From Faecousia sp. (GTDB lineage Bacteria > Bacillota > Clostridia > Oscillospirales > Oscillospiraceae): a stretch of DNA of 64,000 nucleotides. A model generated the notes under the pieces. The model did not search any database, was not told the DNA's origin, and saw nothing but the letters and a program-made list of their open reading frames with translations. The position numbers were made by a program, and so were the translations under genes. Numbering within the stretch: the first letter of the stretch is position 1; each line of letters begins with the position of its first letter. Of the stretch, positions 43,803 to 53,761 are shown piece by piece. The stretch covers positions 15,965 through 79,964 of the forward strand of contig JAZUDF010000066.1 of NCBI GenBank assembly GCA_045639485.1. The letters run 5' to 3'.

Positions 43803-46247
43803 TCAGGCGTTGACGTCAATAAATGCCGTCACGCCGCGATATGTTTTATCTTTTAAAAATTCACGCAACAAGTACGCAAGAAGCTGCCGCAGACTGCGTG
43901 TGTTTTCACATTGCAGCGTCAGGCGGAAGCGAAAACGATTGTTGACTTTGTAGACAGTTTCCGGTGCGGGGCCGAGAATCTGAACCTTTTCAGCAGCATA
44001 CTCCGGCCTTTGCAGCATTTCCTGCAGAATTCTGCGAAATGCAGCTGCACTTTGCATTACTGCCTGTTCTGGGAACCCGGAAAAGCCAACTGTAAACATA
44101 TCCAAAAACGGCGGGCAGCTCCGAAGTTTCCGTATACTGATTTCCGTTTCGTAAAAGCTGTCATAGTCCTGCCGGGCAGCAAGATCAATAACGGTGTTTT
44201 TCGGCGTCATCGTCTGGATGACCGCCCGACCGTTACGCTGACCACGACCTGCACGTCCGACAACTTGCGTGATCAACGAAAACGTCGTTTCAGCCGCTCT
44301 GAAATGATCGATGTACAATGACATATCGGCATCCAGAACGCCGACAAGCGTTACGTCTTCAAAGTCGAGGCCTTTCGCAACCATCTGCGTACCAAGCAGT
44401 ACGGGGATATCCTCTTTTGAAAATCTGGAGAGCAGTTTTTCATGCGTATTGACCGCCGAAACCGTGTCGGAGTCCATGCGGAGGATCTCACTTCCCGGCA
44501 GCAGGGATTGAAGTTCATCCTGTGCTTTCTGCGTGCCTGTACCGACCTGTTTAAAATGTCCGCCGCACTGGGTGCAGCGAGTTGTAAACGGCTCAGAATA
44601 GCCGCAGTAATGGCACATAAGGCGGCCGTTTGCCGCATGGTAGGTCAGGCTGAAGCTGCAGTTCGGACATTCAGGCACGTAACCGCAGTCAATACAGACT
44701 GTCATCCGAGCACTGCCGCGACGGTTCAGCAGCAAAATAGATTTTTCACGGTTGCTGATGTTCTTTCGGATAGCGTCACACAGAACAGTGCTGATTGATC
44801 CGTCGTTTCCGTTTCGCAGCTGCTGTCGCATATCGACAACTTCCACAGCCGGCAGATCCTTGCCATTGTATCTGTTATTCAACCGGTAAAGCTGAAAAAT
44901 GCCGGATTTTGCACGGTACATCGTTTCTACACTCGGAGTCGCAGAACCCAGTAATACGAGTGCATGTTCACGGACACCGCGATACAAGGCAACCTCTCTT
45001 GCGTGGTAACGCGGCGTATTTTCAGATTTATAGGTATGCTCCTGCTCTTCATCCATGATGAAGATTCCGAGGTCATGGACAGGGGCAAACACTGCAGAAC
45101 GCGTACCGACGACGACATGGGCTTCCCCACGGCGAATACGTTTATATTCGTCATAGCGTTCACCGACTCGCAGAGAACTGTGTAAAACCGCCACGTCGTC
45201 TTTAAAACACGCCGCAAGCAAGCTCAGAAGCTGCGGAGTCAGAGCGATTTCGGGAACCAGCAAAATTGCAGATTTCCCTTGTGCAAGGCATTGACGGATC
45301 AGATTGATGTAGACAGCAGTCTTTCCGCTTCCGGTCACACCGTAAAGGAGGGCAGCACCGGGTTTCTCTTTTGTCATCTGCTTACAAAGGCCTTCAAAGA
45401 CGGCTGTCTGCTCTGTATTCAGCAAAAATTCCGTGTTCTTTTCTGAAGGAACGATCTCCGTCCGTCGAAGAAGCTCCTGTCGGTAGACATGCAATAAGCC
45501 TAGCTTTTCGAGTCTGTTGACCGTCTGTGCCGTCGCACCGGTAAAATAGAGAAGCTCTTTCATGCTCACGCAGCCGACCGTGCAAAGAAGCTCCAAAACA
45601 GAGCCCTGCAGCGGTGCAGACTTGCGGTGTGCCGTGATATAGTCCGACGCTTCCTGCGTAGGAACTGCGAGTTCCACCAGTTTTTCGGTTTTATCGCCAC
45701 CCTTGCGAAGCATCTCTGACTCTGACACAAGCAATTTTTTTCGTCGAAGATACTGCAGCACAGATTCCAGTGCAGCCTTATCAGGAAACTGTTTGGACAG
45801 TTCCGTAAAAGAAGCCTGACCGCCGATCTGCTGCAGATACTCAGCAACGTCTGCTGCTCCCTTTTTAGAGCGAACAGCGTCCTTCCAATCCTCCGGAAGC
45901 AAAGTCAGTTTGAACGTATCCTGGACGGAAAACCATAAGCCGGCAGGCAAAATCGCCTTGATCGCATCATAGAAGGTGCAGAAATAGCGTTCCCGCAAAA
46001 ATGCTGCCAGGCGGAGCATTTCTTCAGACAAAATCGGCTCGTCATCCAGACTCTGGGCAACCGCCTTCAGGCCGTCATCCGTTCCTTCTTCAACGGAAAG
46101 AACAATGCCTTCCGTCAGTTTGTTGCTTCGTCCGAACGGCACTGCCACACGCATTCCGGGCTGAAGGCAAAGTACCTCCGGCACCAGATAGTCGTACGGC
46201 TTATCAATGGCGTAAATCGCCGAAGAAACCGCAATTTTTGCGATCAT
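43803..46247 (-). CDS. priA: Primosomal replication restart helicase PriA
   Basis: GVTGSGKT Walker A, DEEH box, and Cys-rich zinc-binding insertions (CxxC...CxxC). Confidence 0.93.
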   Translation of the reverse strand: MIAKIAVSSAIYAIDKPYDYLVPEVLCLQPGMRVAVPFGRSNKLTEGIVLSVEEGTDDGLKAVAQSLDDEPILSEEMLRLAAFLRERYFCTFYDAIKAILPAGLWFSVQDTFKLTLLPEDWKDAVRSKKGAADVAEYLQQIGGQASFTELSKQFPDKAALESVLQYLRRKKLLVSESEMLRKGGDKTEKLVELAVPTQEASDYITAHRKSAPLQGSVLELLCTVGCVSMKELLYFTGATAQTVNRLEKLGLLHVYRQELLRRTEIVPSEKNTEFLLNTEQTAVFEGLCKQMTKEKPGAALLYGVTGSGKTAVYINLIRQCLAQGKSAILLVPEIALTPQLLSLLAACFKDDVAVLHSSLRVGERYDEYKRIRRGEAHVVVGTRSAVFAPVHDLGIFIMDEEQEHTYKSENTPRYHAREVALYRGVREHALVLLGSATPSVETMYRAKSGIFQLYRLNNRYNGKDLPAVEVVDMRQQLRNGNDGSISTVLCDAIRKNISNREKSILLLNRRGSARMTVCIDCGYVPECPNCSFSLTYHAANGRLMCHYCGYSEPFTTRCTQCGGHFKQVGTGTQKAQDELQSLLPGSEILRMDSDTVSAVNTHEKLLSRFSKEDIPVLLGTQMVAKGLDFEDVTLVGVLDADMSLYIDHFRAAETTFSLITQVVGRAGRGQRNGRAVIQTMTPKNTVIDLAARQDYDSFYETEISIRKLRSCPPFLDMFTVGFSGFPEQAVMQSAAAFRRILQEMLQRPEYAAEKVQILGPAPETVYKVNNRFRFRLTLQCENTRSLRQLLAYLLREFLKDKTYRGVTAFIDVNA

Positions 46248-46253
46248 GTGAAA

Positions 46254-46460
46254 TTATTTCAGGTAGCCGGGCTTCACTTCTGCCTTCAATTCACCGGCAG
46301 CAACCTCGCGGATTGCAAGGGTAACAGGCTTTTCAGCCAGAGGCTCATGAAGTGTTTCAGACTCGATGGAAAGCTGTCTTGCACGTCTTGCGACGGCATT
46401 GACAAGAAGATAGCGGCTATCGATGTGTTCCAAAAGTTCAGCCATAGGGGGATAAAGCAT
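46254..46460 (-). CDS. rpoZ: DNA-directed RNA polymerase subunit omega
   Basis: A 68-aa protein with ...SRYLLVNAVARRARQL... in the conserved gmk-rpoZ position. Confidence 0.88.
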   Translation of the reverse strand: MLYPPMAELLEHIDSRYLLVNAVARRARQLSIESETLHEPLAEKPVTLAIREVAAGELKAEVKPGYLK

Positions 46461-46461
46461 A

Positions 46462-47061
46462 TTAAAGTGCCTCCTTCAAAATATTTAACCGACGGTCTGC
46501 ACGGCAGTTTTCTGCAGCGAGGATCGTCATAAGTTCATCACAAACGCGGTCGACGCGATCGTTGACCACGAGGTAATCATAATTGACCGCCTGCGTGTAC
46601 TCCCAGCGGGCGGTTTCCATGCGAATTGCCACCATATCTTCCGGGGTATCTCCCCTGCCGGTCAATCGCCGTTCCAGTTCAGCAAAAGACGGGGCGGCAA
46701 TGAAAATCAGGATGGCGTCCGGGCGGCGGTGCTTGATTTGGAAGGCTCCCTGGACTTCGACTTCGACGATGACATCATAGCCGTCTTCCATCCACTCATT
46801 CACCGGTGCCTCCGGTGTTCCATAGTAATTTGTTGCATAGGACGCGTGTTCAAGAAACTCATCATTTGCAAGCATGGCTTCAAATTCGTCACGCGTCTTG
46901 AAGTAATAATTCACGCCGTCGATCTCATCAGGGCGGATCTGCCTTGTCGTGGCAGAGATTGAATATTTGATCCGAGGATGCTTCTTCATCAATTCCTTGA
47001 TGACTGTTCCCTTACCGACACCGGACGGGCCTGAGATCACAATGAGTTTACCCTTCTCCAT
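46462..47061 (-). CDS. gmk: Guanylate kinase
   Basis: [15 protein letters not shown]-loop. ATG 47059-47061 follows GAGGAGGAA. Confidence 0.93.
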   Translation of the reverse strand: MEKGKLIVISGPSGVGKGTVIKELMKKHPRIKYSISATTRQIRPDEIDGVNYYFKTRDEFEAMLANDEFLEHASYATNYYGTPEAPVNEWMEDGYDVIVEVEVQGAFQIKHRRPDAILIFIAAPSFAELERRLTGRGDTPEDMVAIRMETARWEYTQAVNYDYLVVNDRVDRVCDELMTILAAENCRADRRLNILKEAL

Positions 47062-47302
47062 TCTTTTCCTCCTCGGATGCTCTTGTGGCAATGGTTTCCG
47101 GCATGACAGCAGACAAAATCACGTGGTCAGTGTCCATCACCAGAACAGATTTGGTCTTTCTTCCGTAGCTTGCATCGATCAGCATACCTCTGTCGCGTGC
47201 TTCCTGCACCAGTCGTTTGACGGGTGCGGAGTCAGGGCTGATGACCGTCAGAAGTCTTGCCGCGGAAATCATATTGCCAAAGCCGATATTAATCAGTTTC
47301 AT
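47048..47302 (-). CDS. remA: RemA/DUF370 family regulatory protein
   Basis: [55 protein letters not shown] is highly typical of RemA. Confidence 0.85.
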   Translation of the reverse strand: MKLINIGFGNMISAARLLTVISPDSAPVKRLVQEARDRGMLIDASYGRKTKSVLVMDTDHVILSAVMPETIATRASEEEKNGEG

Positions 47303-47311
47303 TTTCTATCC

Positions 47312-48190
47312 TCATTCGATGTTCTGCATCTGTTCGCGGATCTTTTCCAGTTCAGCTTTGATCTCAACGACCGTACGTGCCTGTTCGATATCGTTTCCTT
47401 TGGAGCCGATCGTGTTGGCCTCACGGTTCATTTCCTGCATCAGGAAATCGAGTTTTCTGCCGATCGGTTCGGAGGAAGAAAGCATCGTGTCGAGCTGCTT
47501 CAGGTGGCTGCGGAGACGGACAGTTTCTTCATCGACAGCAACCTTATCTGCAAAAATCGCTGCTTCTGTCAGAATTCTAGCCTCGTCAATAGACGTAGAC
47601 TCGAGAACTTCTCGCATTTTTGCTTCAAGCCGTTCACGGTATTCGGCAACAGTGACGGGGCTTCGCTCTTCTACTTTGGCAACGAGAGAAAGAATATTCT
47701 GTGCTTTTGCCTTCAGGTCATTTTCCAGTGCAAGGCCTTCCGTCTGCCGCATGGCATTATAGGCTGTGAGTGCCTTTTCCGCGACGGAAACAAGACCTGC
47801 TTTCAGTACATCCTCATCCTCTTCGGATTTTTCAACAGTGAAAACGTCTGGCAGTCTGGAAAGTGAATTGACGGAAATATCATCCCGAACGTCGTAGTCG
47901 GAAGCGATCATCCGCATAGCAGTCAGATAGCCTTCGAGCACCGGTCTGTTCAAAGAGATCGACACATCACCGGTCTGGCTGGCACCGACTGAAACATAGA
48001 CATCAACTTTGCCGCGTGTCACATATTCTTTTACCTTTTGCTTTAAAGCGTCTTCAGCAAAGGAAAACAGACGGGGCAATTTTACGGTGCAATCAAGATA
48101 GCGATTATTGACTGACCGGACTTCTACGGTTATTTCTCTTCCCGCGACGGTCTCAACCGCACGGCCATAACCGGTCATACTCTTTACCAA
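47312..48190 (-). CDS. yicC: YicC family protein
   Basis: MTGYGRA...EVRSVNNRYLD...REANTIGSK is the YicC N/C-domain pattern. Confidence 0.88.
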   Translation of the reverse strand: MVKSMTGYGRAVETVAGREITVEVRSVNNRYLDCTVKLPRLFSFAEDALKQKVKEYVTRGKVDVYVSVGASQTGDVSISLNRPVLEGYLTAMRMIASDYDVRDDISVNSLSRLPDVFTVEKSEEDEDVLKAGLVSVAEKALTAYNAMRQTEGLALENDLKAKAQNILSLVAKVEERSPVTVAEYRERLEAKMREVLESTSIDEARILTEAAIFADKVAVDEETVRLRSHLKQLDTMLSSSEPIGRKLDFLMQEMNREANTIGSKGNDIEQARTVVEIKAELEKIREQMQNIE

Positions 48191-48205
48191 AAGAACATCT
48201 CCTTT

Positions 48206-49323
<1,118 letters not shown>

Positions 49324-49331
49324 TTATAAAT

Positions 49332-50201
49332 TCAAATCTTTGCCTTTGCGTGAAAAGATCCGTCTGAAACTGATTTCAGCACAGCAGGCAGTCCAAGATA
49401 GAGAATGTTTGTCAGGATTTCCGAGCCGGATCGCATCGGCAGCAATTCAAGTGCCGTCCCGGCGAGAGAAATCGAATGTTCCAATGTGAGTTTCAGATCA
49501 TCTTCTGCCGAAGCGTCAAGCACGCCATTCACAACTTCGAAGCGATATCGAAGCGGATTGTAGCAATCTTTTTTGCAGTCATTCTGCAAGTCATCCAATG
49601 CATCTGTCAGATACAGAAATCTGCCGACATGATAAAGCACCTGCTCCATCGGTCTGCGAATATCATCGCGGGTTTCGTCAGCCACACAGCCGCGGAGGAG
49701 TGAAGCAAACGCATCTGCCGGCTCATCAATACTGTCGCAACAGTTGTTTTCCAAAGCAGAAAGGCGATTAAGTTGCGTAGATGCTAACATGTCAAAGTCC
49801 GGAAATCTGCCTGCAGCTTTTCGGAAGCCGTGTTTTGTTAAAAGCGATACAAAACGGTACGGCAGTCCGGTGATCAGATTTCTGTCTTTTATCGCATCCT
49901 GAAGCTGATAATGGCAAAGGATCACGTTCATTGCTGAAACTTTGCCGTAAAGATCGTCTGACTGATAGCATGGCTTCTTGCATAACACGTTTGCCGGGCA
50001 TACGCATTTTTCTTTCGGAGCTTCCGGCAAAACGGAAGCCCGCAGAAAGTACAGGAACGTCATGTCATAATTCACAAAGAACCGGTGAAGAAAACCGTAG
50101 TTTTTTCCGAGAGATCTGCAAAGGCCGCAATACGCAGCTTTATACCGATCGTAGTCGCATATTCTCAACTGATCTTTTCTCGGCCTGACATATCCGAACA
50201 T
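49332..50201 (-). CDS. DUF5685-like Cys-rich protein
   Basis: The N-terminus MFGYVRPRKDQLRICDYDRYKAAYCGLCRSLGKNYGFLHRFFVNYD matches the DUF5685 N-terminal pattern as I remember it. A second Cys cluster is EKCVCPANVLCKKPC. Confidence 0.6.
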   Translation of the reverse strand: MFGYVRPRKDQLRICDYDRYKAAYCGLCRSLGKNYGFLHRFFVNYDMTFLYFLRASVLPEAPKEKCVCPANVLCKKPCYQSDDLYGKVSAMNVILCHYQLQDAIKDRNLITGLPYRFVSLLTKHGFRKAAGRFPDFDMLASTQLNRLSALENNCCDSIDEPADAFASLLRGCVADETRDDIRRPMEQVLYHVGRFLYLTDALDDLQNDCKKDCYNPLRYRFEVVNGVLDASAEDDLKLTLEHSISLAGTALELLPMRSGSEILTNILYLGLPAVLKSVSDGSFHAKAKI

Positions 50202-50211
50202 AAGGCTTTCT

Positions 50212-50670
50212 TTACTCCTTGTGCAACGTCAGATTGATCTGATAGTAGCCGTTCACGACGAAGAAGAAATAGTCTGCGTCTTCATCGTCCATTCTCAGCA
50301 TATTGATCTCACCCTGCGGGAATCCTTCGAGTTCAGAATAGAAGAAGGCGGAAATCTTTTCGCCGTCACATTCAGTATAAAAATCAAAGTCATCATTCTG
50401 AAAATCTTCAAACGGCGAAATTGTCGCAGCATATTCAGGAGCATCGACAAATCTTCTCAGCATGGAAATAATTCCGTTGAATGAATCGGGTACATCACCG
50501 TTGGGATAGTTCTCGGCACAGTATTGGTTAAACTGCGGCACAACCTGTTCGTCGATGAACTGCTGCAGATGATAGGCACCGGCGAGCATATCGTGAATCT
50601 TGGCCTTTGCAGCATCAAAGGTCGAGAATTCCCAGGACTCCGAGCTGACTTCGTCTCTGATAGCAAACAT
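50212..50670 (-). CDS. Hypothetical acidic cytoplasmic protein (152 aa)
   Basis: The ORF fills the gap with 10-19 nt spacers to its neighbours. It is rich in D/E/F/Y. I recognise no family. Confidence 0.5.
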   Translation of the reverse strand: MFAIRDEVSSESWEFSTFDAAKAKIHDMLAGAYHLQQFIDEQVVPQFNQYCAENYPNGDVPDSFNGIISMLRRFVDAPEYAATISPFEDFQNDDFDFYTECDGEKISAFFYSELEGFPQGEINMLRMDDEDADYFFFVVNGYYQINLTLHKE

Positions 50671-50689
50671 AGCAGTATCTCTAAATCAT

Positions 50690-51085
50690 TTATTCTGACA
50701 AGGCAAATCCGGTCATACGATATTTCAGTTTCCCGGACATCTTCCGGTTAACAAGCACAGTGGCAAGTAAGCAGACCGCAAAGCCGATGCCACCAAGCAG
50801 AAGCGGCCGAACGCCGACCGCACCGGCAAGTGCATACCCTGTGAAAAACATCAGCAAAGGCAAAAGATAGACAAGTGCTGCGATCAATATGACTGTGCGG
50901 GTGGCAGTCTCGATCACAACCTTATCTCCAACTGCCGCATGGAGCGAATTGGCGACTGTAACCCGAACGGTACCGGCATTGCAGCCGCCGCAGGTAGCAC
51001 AATCACCGCAGGCAGTGTCACGACGGACTGCCAGTTCCGCCATTCCGTTCTCTTTCAGAGCAATCACACGAGCTTCTGTCTGCAT
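50690..51085 (-). CDS. RseC/MucC-family (SoxR-reducing-system-like) membrane protein
   Basis: An N-terminal beta segment with CGDCATCGGC, followed by two TM helices. This is the typical RseC architecture. Confidence 0.65.
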   Translation of the reverse strand: MQTEARVIALKENGMAELAVRRDTACGDCATCGGCNAGTVRVTVANSLHAAVGDKVVIETATRTVILIAALVYLLPLLMFFTGYALAGAVGVRPLLLGGIGFAVCLLATVLVNRKMSGKLKYRMTGFALSE

Positions 51086-51087
51086 CG

Positions 51088-52332
51088 CTATCTGACCAAA
51101 ACGTCAACAAAAACGTCTTCGATCGTGCCGATGTTCGGATGCCCGTTTACGGTCACCGTCGCGAGCACTTCCCCGCTTTCCGTCACGTTACTGAGGTCTA
51201 CCGTGATCTTGATATCCTTTTCACTGATCGCAGACATTTCTTCTTCAGAACCACGCAGTTTGACAACGATCGACTGGGCGTTGATACTGACGCGTTTATT
51301 CTCCGGAGCATTCAGCAACTCAATTCGGTTTGCATTCACTGTGAAGCTTGAAACTCTAACACCGGACAACTTCACTGTGACGTCTATACTGGTGATGCCG
51401 TTGACGTTCTTGATGCCACCTGGCAAAATGACCGAGAATGTCTTGGTGTCGTTCGACGCTGTAATTTTGGAAAGATCCAGCGTGCCGAGCATCAGTGTAT
51501 CCGAAAGCTGATCGATCTGTCCTGCACTGCCTCTGACACGGATGGTATCAACAGAAAACGTCATGCTTTCAATGTTGTCCTCTGTCGCACCGCCGCCGTT
51601 TTTAATTTCGACAGAGACCTTAAGGTCTTTATATTTTTGAATCGGAAGCGTCACATTGGCCGTCTGCTGGCTGAATGTCAACAATGAGTAATCTTCGATC
51701 TCGGTGCCGTCATTTGTCCTGAGAATGATCGGACGTTCTTCAATCAGCGTTTCTTCCAACGTGTTAATATCTTCGCATTTGATCACTGCTTCATATACGG
51801 TATCGATTTCATAGTCCGGTCCGGTAACAGTCACTTCAGCGGGATCCGATGTAGCTGCAGCCTTGTCAAAGAAAAAGCCGTCCTTCGCTTCACTGTCACC
51901 TGTGTCGAGGATAACGGGTACCGTTTTTGTCTTTACATTGGCAACCGACACTTCCACTTCCGACTTACTCTTGTGAAGAATCTCAAAATCACCGTTTCCG
52001 GTGACGTCCGGGAAGCTAACAGTCAGAGAAACGGTATAATTTCCGGCTTCCGTGATCTTGCTCACGTCAGCAATGACGCGAACATTTTCTTCATTCAGCT
52101 TTGTCAGGTTGACACGATCGCCACGAATTTCAAGATTCACAGTTGACTCATCGGAAGTCAGCATCAGGTTGCGGTCAGCAAGAACGGTCGTTCCTTCAAA
52201 AGTAACCGGGATGTTGTATACCGTACGTGTGGAATTAGGCGAAACAACTGTAACAACATAGAGCCACAGCAGGATAGCCGCAGGAAGAGCGATCAGTGCA
52301 GCCACGATTTTATGCTTATGTTTCCGCATCAT
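51088..52332 (-). CDS. cdaR: YbbR-domain protein CdaR (diadenylate cyclase regulator)
   Basis: An N-terminal TM helix and then repeated YbbR-like beta modules. ATGATG at 52327-52332 follows AAGGAGG and overlaps the cdaA 3' end. Confidence 0.8.
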   Translation of the reverse strand: MMRKHKHKIVAALIALPAAILLWLYVVTVVSPNSTRTVYNIPVTFEGTTVLADRNLMLTSDESTVNLEIRGDRVNLTKLNEENVRVIADVSKITEAGNYTVSLTVSFPDVTGNGDFEILHKSKSEVEVSVANVKTKTVPVILDTGDSEAKDGFFFDKAAATSDPAEVTVTGPDYEIDTVYEAVIKCEDINTLEETLIEERPIILRTNDGTEIEDYSLLTFSQQTANVTLPIQKYKDLKVSVEIKNGGGATEDNIESMTFSVDTIRVRGSAGQIDQLSDTLMLGTLDLSKITASNDTKTFSVILPGGIKNVNGITSIDVTVKLSGVRVSSFTVNANRIELLNAPENKRVSINAQSIVVKLRGSEEEMSAISEKDIKITVDLSNVTESGEVLATVTVNGHPNIGTIEDVFVDVLVR

Positions 52333-53182
52333 CGCCGCCTCCTTTACGATAGTTCCTGATCTTGCTGAGCAGGCCTTTGTTCTGCTCATTATCTGCAAAT
52401 TCATTCCGCAGCATTTTCTCAAGCGTTTCCGGAGCGAGGTGCCGTTTGAGCATTCCGCCGTCTGCAACAGAGATCGTTCCGGTTTCTTCGGAAACGATGA
52501 TCACAAACGCATCGCACGTCTCGCTCAAGCCGACGCCGGCACGGTGTCTGGTTCCGAGGTCCGTACTCAACTGTCTGTTTTCAGAGAGCGGCAAAACGCA
52601 GCCTGCAGAAAGGATGCGATCGCCGGAGATGACGAGTGCACCATCATGTAAGGATGCCTTCGGGAAGAAAATGTTGCGGATCAGTTCCTGCGAAACAACA
52701 GCGTCAATCGTCGTTCCGGTTTTGCAGATCTGCTCGAGAGAATTATCACGTTCCAGAACGATCAGTGCACCAACACGTTCCTGCGACATAACCTTGCAGG
52801 CTTCCACAGTCTGCATGATCATATCTTCAGAATTCGCCGCGACCGTTCCCCTTCCAACGAGTTCTTTGAAAGAACGTCCGCCGAGTTTTTCAAGCATGCG
52901 ACGCAATTCCGGCTGAAACACGATAACAAGTGCAACAATTCCGATCTCAAGCACACGGCTCATAACATAATTCGCCGTATGTAGATTTAAAATCTCCGTC
53001 AGGAAGGTGATCAGGATCACGAGAATGATCGCCTTCGCAATACGTGCCGCACTGGTCGTACGAATAAGGTTGATCACAGAATAAATCAGAAGAGCGACCA
53101 GCAAAATGTCGATCACGTCGATCAGCGTGATCGTCGGAAGGGTTTTTCCCAAGCTATTAAAGAAATTTTCTATCTCTTTCAT
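52316..53182 (-). CDS. cdaA: Diadenylate cyclase CdaA (DisA_N/DAC domain, three N-terminal TM helices)
   Basis: ...GALIVLERD...LHDGALVI...GTRHRAGVGLSE...DAFVIIVSEETG DAC motifs. ATG 53180-53182 lies 8 nt after GGAGAA. Confidence 0.92.
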   Translation of the reverse strand: MKEIENFFNSLGKTLPTITLIDVIDILLVALLIYSVINLIRTTSAARIAKAIILVILITFLTEILNLHTANYVMSRVLEIGIVALVIVFQPELRRMLEKLGGRSFKELVGRGTVAANSEDMIMQTVEACKVMSQERVGALIVLERDNSLEQICKTGTTIDAVVSQELIRNIFFPKASLHDGALVISGDRILSAGCVLPLSENRQLSTDLGTRHRAGVGLSETCDAFVIIVSEETGTISVADGGMLKRHLAPETLEKMLRNEFADNEQNKGLLSKIRNYRKGGGDDAET

Positions 53183-53216
53183 AGACCTATTCTCCGCTTT
53201 ATACAATATTTAATAA

Positions 53217-53245
53217 ATTATACCCTAAAATGCTTGAAATAGCAA
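53217..53245 (-). promoter_or_regulatory. Sigma-A type promoter (TTGCTA-17 nt-TATAAT) of the cdaA operon
   Basis: On the minus strand, TTGCTA (53240-53245), a 17-nt spacer and TATAAT (53217-53222). Confidence 0.6.
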
Positions 53246-53471
53246 GGTCTTTTCGTATTTTTCCGTTACTCATTTCATCTTTTTTTCGAGTTAAAACACG
53301 CATGCCTGTTGTTGGGCTATTTTTGAGTGATCAACATAAAAACAAGCTGACCGGAACTCACTTTCGACAGACAATGCAATCAGTACAGAATAGAATATAA
53401 ATGCAGCTTATCCAAACGAGCTCACTTCATATCCCGACACGCGAAGCCGTGCCGATCCCACAACTTGATTT

Positions 53472-53503
53472 ACCCTCTGTGCCAGTCACAGAGGGTGCTT
53501 TTT
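53472..53503 (+). terminator. Orphan plus-strand intrinsic terminator with no annotated gene upstream
   Basis: A 10-bp stem ACCCTCTGTG/CACAGAGGGT with loop CCAGT, followed by GCTTTTT. The U-tract is on the plus strand only. Confidence 0.6.
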
Positions 53504-53527
53504 CAAAACCAGTCAAAAAAGTTTTAC

Positions 53528-53555
53528 TTGATTTTTTGTTTCGCTATGATATAAT
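53528..53555 (+). promoter_or_regulatory. Promoter of tRNA-Val (TTGATT-16 nt-TATAAT with TG extension)
   Basis: TTGATT at 53528-53533 and TGATATAAT ending at 53555, 12 nt before the tRNA 5' end. Confidence 0.65.
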
Positions 53556-53567
53556 ACCTTTTGCGAC

Positions 53568-53644
53568 GGAGGCTTAGCTCAGCTGGTTAGAGCGCCTGCT
53601 TCACACGCAGGAGGTCGATGGTTCGAGTCCATTAGTCTCCACCA
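53568..53644 (+). tRNA. tRNA-Val (anticodon CAC), CCA encoded
   Basis: GGAGGCTTAGCTCAGCTGGTTAGAGCGCCTGCTTCACACGCAGGAGGTCGATGGTTCGAGTCCATTAGTCTCCACCA. The anticodon stem is CCTGC/GCAGG with loop TTCACAC. Confidence 0.92.
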
Positions 53645-53680
53645 AAAAACATCCACACCATTCGGTGTGGATGTTTTTTT
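53645..53680 (+). terminator. Intrinsic terminator after tRNA-Val
   Basis: A 12-bp stem AACATCCACACC/GGTGTGGATGTT with loop ATTC, followed by T7. Confidence 0.85.
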
Positions 53681-53718
53681 GCTTGGACTCGAAAGGCTGC
53701 TCTAACTCGCGGCCAAAC

Positions 53719-53751
53719 AACGCCCCACCTGCTAAATGCAGGCGGGGCGTT
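53719..53751 (-). terminator. Terminator-like GC-rich hairpin after radA
   Basis: AACGCCCC.CCTGC-TAAA-GCAGG.GGGGCGTT, an imperfect palindrome about 10 nt beyond the radA stop. The U-tract on the minus strand is weak (GTTTGG). Confidence 0.5.
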
Positions 53752-53761
53752 CTAAATGCTT

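Noticed and set aside
53404-53580. A 58-aa ORF (MQLIQTSSLHIPTREAVPIPQLDLPSVPVTEGAFSKPVKKVLLDFLFRYDIIPFATEA).
   Set aside because: It has no RBS. It spans the orphan terminator and the tRNA-Val promoter and ends inside the tRNA gene. Its composition is not protein-like.
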